Positions 24,248-35,552 of a stretch of 64,000 nt of DNA are shown one piece after another. Where the stretch lies: the NCBI GenBank assembly GCA_002269645.1, contig NIVC01000522.1, positions 248,001 to 312,000 of the forward strand. The letters are read 5' to 3'. This stretch comes from Macrostomum lignano. Taxonomy: Eukaryota. Below the pieces are notes generated by a model. It was not told the origin of the DNA. It made no database searches and saw only the letters and a program-made list of their open reading frames with translations. The position numbers and the translations under genes were made by a program. Numbering within the stretch: position 1 is the first letter of the stretch; the number at the start of each line of letters is the position of its first letter.

Positions 24248-25584
24248 TATATCAGCCATAACCAGGAAAGTATCCTATATGCCAAAATTTTCTAGCATGG
24301 ATTAGTCTTTCATAGTGACTGGCATGTTTGAATCTTAAAAAGTTGTATTTGGCATACAAAAAGTGGTATACAAAGCTATTTAAAGATAGGTGCAAGTCTC
24401 TTCCAGTTTTTGTAACAGAATGTTTTAAAGAAAAAAGTAGTTAATTATGAGGTGACAAGCCATAACCTAGTCTGGATCATGCTGGGTCCACACCTAAACA
24501 AAAATTAAAGAGTTAGAAACCTAGGCCAGAAAAAAATTAGTAAATGCCCCCACTCTAAAAATCTAGGCTAGTGTTGCCTTTTGCATTGCATAAATGACCC
24601 TTTTTGGTTGATAATTTGGTTGATTATTTATCTTTATTGTCTTAAACTACTATTTACAATGGAAAATTGATATCAATATGAAAATTGCACAAACTTTTGT
24701 TTCAATACATTATTAAGAAGCTTAAAAGCTGGAAAGTTAAAATTTACACTAAAAATAAATATTTTATATCTTTTTTTCCATTAAAACTAACTCTTCCATG
24801 TGATTCTAGAAAGTGCATACCATGTGTGCACACTTACTATTTTCTTCAGAATGATGCATGCCAACTGTGCACAACTAAATTCAGGCACTCTTTAGTTTAT
24901 GAAATAGAAATCTTTATAAAATAGTTTATGGGGATATATTATATAATCTAGAGTGTGGATAACCTAAGTAAATAAAAAATAAATATAGTAATTGAATGTG
25001 ATAGTGTTACTTTAAAGAATTTAGGTATAGGAACTTTTGTGATGGCAAGTTGTCATAAAGGAGTTATACTATAGACATGAAATTTATTTTGTTATTTTAT
25101 AATTTATATGTAAACATCTATATAGAAAACAATGTAATAATAAAAAATGAACCTTGATTGGTATAATTGGCAAAATGTAAAAAGGTCCTTGATTGTTGCA
25201 GTGCAACTGAAAATTTAGCATATATGACAAAGTCACATTTTCAATATTTGGTATACTTGGTATACATCTAAAATTTTGCCCAAAAAACGAGTATATACTA
25301 GACACCTACTTGACAATGGCAAGTCAGTCAACCACTTTTGCTACTCTCTACCAACTACCCACCCTGTCCCTTACCTAGCCAGTAGCCCTACCTGCCCTTG
25401 CCCTGCCCCAGGCCTAACCTGCACTTGCTCTGCACTGCCCTGCCTAGGCCTAGCCATACTTTTAAATTAAGCCTAACAAAAACAACTTATTTCTAAAGTG
25501 AAAAGCAAAAATATAAAGCCAAAGTAAAAGCAAGATCAAGCAATAATCAAGAACTTCAAATTTAGTAACAAGCAAGCAAACATA

Positions 25585-26581
25585 TGTGCAGGGCCCCTCC
25601 CGATTTCTTTATAAAATAGTCACCATTTAGTCAATTTGAATTCACGCCAAAACTAAGAAACATATTTTGTTTTAATACTCATATTTTCTATAATATTTTG
25701 CACTAACAAATTTTTGTTTAAAACTGTAGCAAATTTTAGTATAAATAGAAGCATTTTCGGCGGAAGAGAGACCAACCTCGCGTATCGCGGTTCGCAATCA
25801 TACCGATTAATAGCAGTTAATAAAAGTTCCGAGAAAATAAGAATTGAAGAAGTGTTTTCTGTATTCATTCCTTTAAAAAATAAGAGTGAAGTAGATGGAG
25901 GTATGTACCGTATATACTACTAAGAAGGAAAGTGTTGAGTAGTAAGAAGTTGCGAAGTAGATCTGAAGTAAGACGTGTAAGAATAACGGAGGCTGTGACC
26001 CTCTGATCTCGGTAATGCCCAAGGACTTGCAAAGTACATGAAATACATATACCAGTAAGCCAAAAATACCGCTCAGGCCATTATTAAGTAGAATGCTACT
26101 AGAATAATAGAACGCTACCAGAATAATCAGAAGAGTACACCTTTCAGGGCTAACAGTTTTACTCAGAATAATACTCAGACTGATACTCAGAATAATACTC
26201 AGAATAATACTCAGACTAATACTCAGACTAAATACTCAGACCTATTCTAAGAAATATTCTCAGATTATTCTAATATTGATAAACTCATAATTTATTAATA
26301 GAATAATCTTGGTGGCAGCTACCAACCTAAGAAGAACATTTAAGAGAATAGTAAATTAGCCCTGTGATAGCTTTTGGTGACTTTGTAGAATCAATATAAG
26401 AAGAAAGAATCACCCCTAGTACAACTTGGTATCAGCGGTTAAAATTGATAAAGTAGGAGGTAAAACACCTGTAATAACTTTGGTGACTCAGTGGTAGAAT
26501 TTACAGAGAGAGCCAAAAGGCCTGTTACAACTTGGTGGCACTTAGTAGGATTCTCAGTGCACAAGAAACACACCTGTTACA
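25585..26581. mobile_element. Solo LTR (997 bp), TG...CA ends, 4-bp TSD CATA
   Basis: CATA|TGTGCAGG...CCTGTTACA|CATA. The paralogous empty site has a single CATA at 21023-21026. Confidence 0.85.
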
Positions 26582-27344
26582 CATACAAACAAATATTAAA
26601 GATTTAGTATATTTAGATTATAGAGATTTTAGTATAGGCCTAGCCCCCCCCCCCCAATAGATTTAGTTTGGTACAACAAATATAAATGCATTTTATATAA
26701 GATAGCTGGCAATGTATCTATTTATTAAGCCAAAAAATAGAAAAATTTAAATAAAAATAACATTTCTTTACAAAAAGATAATTTTTATATTTTTATAAAA
26801 AACCAATTATCAACATTTGTGAGTCAAAGCAAGCAGCTTTTATTGCAAAGCAAGCAACTTATTTGTAAAGTGAGCAACTCTACCTGATTTCAATTTTATA
26901 TTTAATTTTTATTGTTATAGTAAATTATATATAGTGCTCCAAATCTCCGTAATCTATAACCATAGCTACCAATTGGCAAGATCTCTATAGCTGCAATCTG
27001 TAACCAAATTTGTGCTCAAAAAAGTGCTATCCCAAATTTTCCCATAACTATAGGCGTAGCTGTAATTATAGTAGAACACTATTGAATTGAGTTTTTTAAT
27101 TATTATAAAAGATAGTCGGATAAAAATGATAAAAGATAAAAATGACATCCAAAAAATCTTGCAAATGATGAATTCAATAGCTAAGTTGATTTAACTAACA
27201 TTCTAAATTGTTTTTTTCTCTAGAACATTTTCGGATTTGCAATTAGAATTTTTTGAATAGAAAACTAAACACAAATTCATTTAACTTTATATTTACTTTT
27301 CCTAGCAGATCCTCATAAAAACTATTGGTTTATTTAATTATTGG

Positions 27345-27890
27345 CTAATCTCTATAGAGTAGATATTTTTATTGAGAGGAGAGAGAAGAGAATAAAGGGA
27401 GAGAGTAAGTGGAGAAAAATGGGAAGTGAGAATAGAGGTGAGAAGAAGGAGAGATCAGAGAGATGAGATAAGAGAGAAGAAAGTAGAGAAAAGATAGAAG
27501 AGAATAGAGAGCAGAGATGAAAGATAGAGAGGAGAAAGTATATTGGACAAAGTAGAGATAGAAAAGAGCAGAGAGGGAAGAGGAGAGAATAGATAAGAGA
27601 AAGTAGAGAAAAGATAGAATGCAGAGATGAGAGAGTAGAAAGGAGAGAGAAGATAAAAGAGAGTAGCAATGAGAGTAGAGAGAGTAGAGAGATGAGAGTG
27701 GAGAAAGGAGAGATCTATAGAGATAAGCAAGCAGAGAGAAAAGAGGAGAGATGAAAGAGTAGAAAGGAAAGATGAAAGAGCAGAGATAAAAGATGCAAGA
27801 GTAGAGACAATAAATATGAGAGTAGAGCTAGAACAGAGGAAAGAGAATAGAGAATAGATTACAGAGACAAGAAGAAAGAGGAGATAACAT
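27345..27890. repeat. Purine-rich (GA) low-complexity tract
   Basis: Almost exclusively A/G on the + strand. Confidence 0.9.
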
Positions 27891-28631
27891 GTAGGATAAA
27901 ATTCTAATACATGTTTTAGATAAAAATTGCCTGATATCTGTGCAGCACCTTAGCCAATGAGATCAATGCTTAAAGGGGGGCCCGTGGCCTAATAAGGGGG
28001 GGGGCAAGCCCCCCCCCTCTTTGGATGCACCACTGCATGAATGAATGCTTGTTGATAAATGGTAGGTTTAATTATTGCTAATCATTTTTAACTTTATAAC
28101 TTTATTATATTAGATAATTAAAGAACTATTGTTATCATTGGATTATCATTGAAAGTTATGGAGGTTACAAAAAATTCATTTTGAATTAGCTATAATTATA
28201 AGTAGGCTTACAAAGAAATGTAGATATAGTCATAATGAAACTACTTATTTGCATATTTATAAAATATCAAGAAAAAAAACAAAATGACTTGTTTGAAACT
28301 CTCAAAAAATAGGCCTAGAAGTTGCATGACTGATTTTTATAAATGTACAACCTCCCACTGACCAAAAATGCAACTTATCTGTAAAAGAAACATTGGTAAA
28401 CAGCAAGAGTAACATTAGGCTTAAATGCCTCGTCATCTAATTAGCACTACGTCTGTATTTTTGGGTGACTTTAAACTGCAAAACTGCCTATATTTTAACC
28501 TGTAAACTAATTCATTTTCTATTTTAAATTACATTCATGATCGTTAATTAATAAAAGTACATACAGTACCTTGCACCGCAGAAGCAGAGTAAAAAATGCA
28601 GTTAAAGCTGAGCAGACTATTAGGCTTGCAG

Positions 28632-29021
28632 GTGCAAAGTCGAGCCCAAGCATCCTCAGACCAGGAGAAACCAAAGCGAGGTTTAATGACGCCAGACGAG
28701 GCTAAGAAATTATCTGAAGCTCGTCGTTCAATGGACGCCAAACGCAGTGATGCTACTAATAGTAGCAGCAATGCAGACAGCTCTTCCTATGCTGACAGTG
28801 AAGATTCTGTGTGGTTGAGGCGACTTAGGGATAACAAATTTGGCGCCGCCGGTGTTGGCCTGTGGACTGGGCTAGTGGCCTACTACCTAATGCGGGTGCG
28901 CAGTAGGAAGCTGCCGCTGCAGATGTACCTCATCCAGTTGCGAGTTGGCGCCCAAGTGGCCTGCATTGGCTGCATCACGCTGGGTTGCTTCTATGCCGCA
29001 ATTAGCAATCCAAAATCCTAA
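28632..29021 (+). CDS. HIG1 (hypoxia-induced gene 1) domain protein; start either at the acceptor (28632) or at ATG 28686
   Basis: KFGAAGVGLWTGLVAYYL...MYLIQLRVGAQVACIGCITLG matches the two-TM HIG1 domain with its RVxAQ motif. Acceptor ttgcag| at 28631. Confidence 0.85.
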   Translation: MQSRAQASSDQEKPKRGLMTPDEAKKLSEARRSMDAKRSDATNSSSNADSSSYADSEDSVWLRRLRDNKFGAAGVGLWTGLVAYYLMRVRSRKLPLQMYLIQLRVGAQVACIGCITLGCFYAAISNPKS

Positions 29022-29382
29022 TTAGTTTTGTCATCGTTATCCTGACTGGACTACTTTTATGACTATGAATGTATTTTGCTATCTATAGATTAATTTTAAT
29101 TTCGTGTCCCCATCATTGAATCATTTATTTTTTGCCAGAGTTCATAACGCGACATTTGAAATACACATTTTTTAAAAGTACGCAATGAACTATTGGTTGT
29201 TATAAAAATCTAGTGATTTCTGAATGCCTTTAATATTTTTTTTCAAATTACTCGTAGTTACTAGACTAGACAAAACCTACTACTTATTAAGGGAATTGCA
29301 AAGTGCTGCAGAGCGACATAGCAACCAGCTACAATTTGCATTACCTGTTCAATATTTGCAGCCAGCAGTTGAGGCGTATCAA

Positions 29383-29647
29383 ATGGCCAGCTCGCACGCT
29401 CCATTAGTGAATGGCAACAGCAGCGCTCACTCAGCTGCTGACGCCTATCCTAAAGCCATTGTGCCGCCCAATGGCACTAAAATTGGTATTCGCATTGTGC
29501 ATATTGAGAATCTTAACTGCTTCTTTGTGGTTCCGGAAGCTGATCTGGCTAAGCTGGAGAAACTGGTGAGCTGTCAGTGTTTTTGTCTGTCTGTATCTCT
29601 GTATTTATCTGTCTATTTATCTTATCTATCTAATTACCCATCTATCC

Positions 29648-29717
<70 letters not shown>

Positions 29718-29788
29718 TTATCTATCTATTTATCTCTCTAATCACCTATCTATCTATCTGTCTATCTGTCTGTCTATCTATCTATCTG

Positions 29789-29825
<37 letters not shown>

Positions 29826-30047
29826 TTATCTCTCTAATCACCTATCTATCCATCTTTCTATCTATCTGTCTTTCTATCCATCTGTCTATCTATCTATCTA
29901 TCCATCTTTCTATCTATCTGTCTTTCTATCCATCTGTCTATCCATCTGTCTATCTATCTATCTATCTATTTATCTATCTATCTATTTATCTCTCTAATCA
30001 CCTATCTATCCATCTTTCTATCTATCTGTCTATCTATCTATCTATCC

Positions 30048-30097
<50 letters not shown>

Positions 30098-33000
30098 TTA
30101 TCTCTCTAATCACCTATCTATCCATCTTTCTATCTATCTGTCTATTTATATCTATCTATCTATCTATCTATCTGTCTATCTATCTATCTGTCTATCTATA
30201 TCTATCTATCTATTTATCTGTCTATCCATCAATCCATCTATCTATCTATCTGTCAATCTATCTATTTATCTATCTATCTGTCTGTCTATCTATCTGTCTA
30301 TCCATCAATCTATCCAACCCAAACCCTGCTAGGCCCTCTCTCTGAAGTCGGTTGCCATCAAGTCTGAGCCGGCGGAGCCAGCCTGCCTATCCGCCTGCTT
30401 GCTGGCGATGCACCCAGACGACGGTGAGTGGTACCGGGCCGTGGCACTTGATTGGCCCAGGCATTCGGCCTGTTTAGTTCGTTTCATTGACTACGGCAAT
30501 GCCGCCGTTGTCCCGGCCGAGTTTGTTGCCAAGCAACCAAACGGCGCGCAGCTGACGGAGCTGCCGGCTTTCGCAATCGAATGCTCGCTGGCCGGCTGCG
30601 ACCACGCCGACTACGGGCCCGGCGCCTTGGCCAGCTTCCGCAAACTGCTCAACCGGCCTGGCGTGACTGCCGAGATTGCTGTGCCGCCTGTGGCTGGCCA
30701 AGGCGACGAGGACCCGGCCGCAGCAGCCGCCGCCGTTGTTGCCGCCGGTCCAGTCGGCGTTCGACTGTCAATCAACGACATTGACGTGCTTGGCCGCCTG
30801 CCGAAACTGGCCGCTAAGCTGTCACTGCCGCGCCATCGAGTGAAATTATCGCCAGCCGAGGTCAGTGACCTGTGTGGGGAGAATGTGCAGTTATCTACCG
30901 ATTTTTTACACAGCGATCGATCAATCAATCACCATTAAGACAGATGATCAATCAATCACCATTTAAACACTCAGCGATCAATTAATCACTATTCAGACAC
31001 TCAGCGATCAATCAATCAATAAATCAGTCACCATTCAGACACTCAGCGATCAATCAATCACCATTCAGACACTCAGCGATCAATCAATCAATAAATCAGT
31101 CACCATTCAGACACTCAGCGATCAATCAGTCACCATTCAGACACTCAGCGATCAATCAATCACCATTCAGACACTCAGCGATCAATCAATCAATAAATCA
31201 GTCACTATTCAGACACTCAGCGATCAATCAATCACCATTCAGACACTCAGCGATCAATCAATCACCATTCAGACACTCAGCGATCAATCAATCACCATTC
31301 AGACACTCAGCGATCAATCAATCACAACTCAGACACTCAGCGATCAATCAATCACAATTCAGACACTCAGCGATCAATCAATCACAATTCAGACACTCAG
31401 CGATCAATCAATCAATCAATCACCATTCAAGCAGTAACTGATTAATCGAAGAAGTAATACTTATTGATATCTTATCACTATCACCAACTTCCGCAGAACA
31501 TAGTCGACGCTGGCCCATTCGACGCTGTGATCTCTGTGTCTAAACCGGCTGAGGACGGCTCCGGCTCCCTGACGGTCTGGCTGCAGCGCTCCGACCGTCA
31601 GGAGGACCTGCTGCAACTGTCGGAACTGTTGGAACCGGCCGCCGAGTCTTCCACCGGTTTCTCCACCGGCGAACTGATTGCCGGAGACGTGTGCATTGGC
31701 TACTACCTGGAGGGCTGGTACCGCGCTCGCGTGCTGTCCACCGACGAACAGGCTGGCACCGTTGATCTGCTCTATATCGACTATGGCAATGCGGAGACTA
31801 AAAGCTTGCGCGGCACTTTTCAACAGGTGCGTTCTGGGGGAATTCTAGGGGAAATCTCCTGGGGAATCCTTGGGGAATCTCCTGAAGAAATCTAGAGGGA
31901 ATCCTAGGGGAAATCTCTTGGGGAATCCTAGGGGAAATCTCCTGGGGAATCCTAGGGGAAATCTCCCGGGGAATCCTAGGGGAAATCTCCCGGGAAATCC
32001 TAGGGGAAATCCTAGGGGAAATCTCCCGGGAAATCCTAGGGGAAATCTCCCGGGAAATCCTAGGGGAAATCTCCCGGGAAATCCTAGGGGAAATCTCCCG
32101 GGAAATCCTAGGGGAAATCTGCCGGGGAATCCTAGGGGAAATCTGCCGGGGAATCCTAGGGAAAATCTTTCCACAGGGAAATCTGTGGGAATCTCTCGCA
32201 AAATCTTACGTGAAATCTCCTGGGGAATTCAAGAGGAAATCGGTGGGAATCCTAGTGGAAATCTCTTAGGGAATCCTAGGAAAATTTAGGGGAATCCTAG
32301 TAAAAAATCTCTTGGCGAACTCTAGGGGAATTCTCTCAGGAAATTCTTGAAAAAATCTTGGGGAATCCTCGGGAAATCTACAAGCATTCGCAGCTTCAGA
32401 GAAAACGCTCTCTTTGGAAAAAATTACTCAACAAATATTTCTCAACTAATCGCTTCCAAAAACTCTCCGAAATCGCCGCTCAGGTGCGCCGCCTGCCTCC
32501 GGACGCCACCTTCAGCCAGCCAGCACTGGCCCACCCCGCCACCCTGCCGGCGCCGCCGAAGGACGCCCAGCGTCGATTCAAGCCGGACGCTGGCGAACTG
32601 CTTGTCGGACTGACAGAAGAAACAGTCAACGAAGCCGAAGCTGAACCGGAAGCGGAACCAGAAGTCACTCCTAGCGTTCGCGTATCGGTTAGCAGCAGCG
32701 GTATTGTGAAATTCGAAGACCCGACTATCATCGAAACCATCACTGACGCCGTTGAACGCGACGTCATACCGGATTTCGAGGTCGCCTCCGACGGCTCTTT
32801 GGCCGCTTTCGACGCCGTAGTTGTAGTTGCCGACCTGACCGAAGATCGTTGCAGCGCCATGCTGTGGCTTCAGCGCGACTCGGACCAGGAGGCTCTCGCT
32901 GGCATGCAGGAGGCCTTGGAGGCCGCGGCCGCGGATTCCGCCACCGTCGCTGGCCTTGGCATTGAAGATCTCGCCGAAGGTGACGGCTGCATCGGCGTGT

Positions 33001-34139
33001 ACGAAGAGGCTTGGTACAGAGCCCGGGTGCTGTCCCTCAACCCCGTCTCCGTGCTGTTTGTCGACTATGGCAACGTGGAATCGGCGGCAACCCCGGCCGA
33101 GCTGCAGCTTCGTCCGTTGCCGGCCGGCCGAGCCGAGTTTCGAGTTCCCGCCTTTGCTATTCGCTGCCAACTGCGCTGCCCTGTTGAGGGTGGCCGATTC
33201 AAACCGGACGCTGGCGCGGCGCTTGTCGAACGAACGGACGCGTCGGACAAGCCTCTGCTGGTGTCTCTTGAGCTGCCAAGCGATTCGGCTGAGACAGCTG
33301 CACAAGATTTTATTGTCAACTTAGACCAGACTGAGAATGACTTCTTGATGCAGCTGATTGAAACTGACGATGCCGGCAAGGATGCTGGAGGTGACGATGA
33401 AGCCGCTGAAGAGGCTGGAGAAGCTGAAGTTGAATTGAAAACTACTACTGAGACTGGAGCAGAGAATGATGAAGCTATAGCGGAGGCTGGCGACGACTTG
33501 GATGAAACGATCGTTGAAGATGAAGATCAAATATTGCCGGAAGATGCTGACGGTGACAGAGGCAAGCTCAGACTATCCGTTGGCGATACAATCGTTGGTT
33601 GCATTGCTCCTAGGGTCAATGAAAACGATGAAAGCTATGATGATGCAGTGTTTTACGTCAGACGGGAAGATTCAGCCGCGGTGGAAGCTCGAACTGGTTG
33701 CTTAGCCGAGGCTCTGGCTAAAGCCGCTGGTGAGCGGGAAGATGGTGCCAGACTTGATTTCAGCGTTGTAGTAGTAAAGCACCGAGCTCTGATGCGTTCG
33801 CCTGCTACTGATGCTACTGACGACAGTAGTATGCAATTGCGTCGGACTCAAATTGAATCTATCGATGAGCACGGCAAATCGGCGGGTGTTGTACTGATTG
33901 ACGAAGGCTCGGCGGTTGCTGACGCCGATGTTGAACTGTTTCAAGCGATGCCTGAAGCTCTGCAGCTGTCAGCTCTGCCCGCTCTGGCTTGCAGGTGTCA
34001 GTTCGAGTCTGAGCAGGCTGAGGAGAATGAAGCAAACGGCGACATCAATGCGATTAAACGCTTCCTAATTGTTGGTATTGATGAGGATGAAGAGGACTGG
34101 CCTCTATATACAGTTCGGTCTGTTGGTGCTGAAGAATGA
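29383..34139 (+). CDS. Multi-Tudor (extended Tudor, TDRD-like) protein, about 898 aa; exons 29383-29565, 30333-30860, 31497-31826, 32484-34139
   Basis: Three WYRA...[FY][IV]DYGN Tudor cores with LP.FAI.C-type extensions, plus a degenerate fourth. All three introns are GT-AG, phase 0 and frame-consistent. Confidence 0.9.
29580..30315. repeat. (CTAT)n microsatellite filling Tudor intron 1
   Basis: Direct. Confidence 0.97.
30915..31430. repeat. About 30-bp minisatellite (CATTCAGACACTCAGCGATCAATCAATCAC) in Tudor intron 2
   Basis: Direct. Confidence 0.95.
31835..32370. repeat. 24-bp minisatellite (CCTAGGGGAAATCTCCCGGGAAAT) in Tudor intron 3
   Basis: Direct. Confidence 0.95.
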
Positions 34140-35279
34140 TGGAAAAGGCTATATTTGGACAATAATTGACCTTCAGTATCCATTGGCCAGTGAGGTCACA
34201 GGTTGCTCATTAACCATCTGTTCCGTGTTAAGTACCTAATAATTTGAATTTGTCATCTCTTGGAAATTTGCTTTGAGTTTGTTATCAGTATCAGTACCCC
34301 GGTTTATTTGTTTTATTTCTTCCTGCTTTTTTATGCAATCGTCGCATTTTTTGAGTTTAAAGTGCTCCAATATCCCCTAATATTTGTTTATGAATCACCG
34401 ATAATTTTGCCTAATAATATTTGCTTTGTAATCGGGGGATGTGGGATCAGCACTCACATTCATGATCAATAATTGGACGATTATTCAGAAATGTGTGGAC
34501 TAATTCGTCTGATATATGTGACATAACTGGTTAGGTGCATTTAGGATAATTGGTAAATTAGATAATGGTTAGGTAGGTAAGGTGAGATATATAATTGGTC
34601 AGGTAATAGAAATTGATTAGGCAAATGTGAGATAATTGATAATTGGTCAGGTAAAGGTAATAGAATTGGCCAAGTAAATTTATGGCATAATTGGCCAGGT
34701 AAATGTGGTATGATTAGATGAGATAGTTATCTTATTAGGATAACAAGATTGATCGTTAAATGCTTCAAATTGGCATTAGTGGATAGAATACTTAATTGTT
34801 CCTATGATTCATTTTCTTTCCGAAATAAACTTTGCATGGGCGGCAAAAACTCTCTGAAATATTATTAAAAAAACTTTCCTTTTCCAAACTGTTCTTCTGA
34901 AGAGTAACTTCATTGCTATAATTGCATTTAACATGCGTGTAACCCTTGTGTATTTGTAACACAAGCGTGTAGATGGCTAGTAGTCCTATATCAAATTATA
35001 ATATTTTCAACAGTGAAAACACTTCTATAATAGATGCGAACCTTATACGATACAATTAATTCTGTTAATCTACCAAATCCTTGTGCTTCAACCCAACAAT
35101 TATAGTTTTTGGGAAAAATCTTAATAGTACTATAAGCATCTAAATATAAAAACGTTATTAATTAATATATAGTTAATACTTGCAAGTTGCCTGCTTCATG
35201 TTTACAGGAATATGTTTGCTTAGTGCCGGTCTTTGCTTGCTTTTTTATCTGCGTTTCCAGGTATATTTAAGGTGACAGA

Positions 35280-35410
35280 GCTAGGGTTAGACGCTGAATG
35301 AGAGGTATTGCTAAGGCTAGACACTGACTGAGGGGTATTGCTAAGGGTTAGACACTGACTGGGTATTGCTAAGAGTTAGACACCGACTGGGGGGGGCATT
35401 GCTAGGGTTA
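35280..35410. repeat. Short degenerate tandem repeat (CTAAGGGTTAGACACTGACTG..GGGTATTG), about 4 copies
   Basis: Direct. Confidence 0.75.
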
Positions 35411-35552
35411 ATCACAAATATGCTGAAAACGCTTGCAAACATCAGACAAGCTTAAATGAGACAATCCTTTTTATTAGCCACATCGCCTCCTCATAGTAGC
35501 CTGGCGGCATTCAAACTACGTAAAAAACGCAATTGTTTGTTGCAACTCGCAG

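Larger units (their letters stand above)
23870..26927. repeat. Local direct segmental duplication: 23870-25457 matches 11252-13528, and 25465-26927 matches 20907-21340
   Basis: Long runs of shared sequence read by eye. Copy 1 additionally has an internal duplication, the 13529-14788 segment and Helitron 1; copy 2 additionally has a solo LTR. Confidence 0.9.

Noticed and set aside
27970-28040. G/C-run MITE-like terminus (similar fragments near 14600, 41580, 46660, 51680)
   Set aside because: I could not find a matching opposite TIR or TSD, so boundaries are unsupported.
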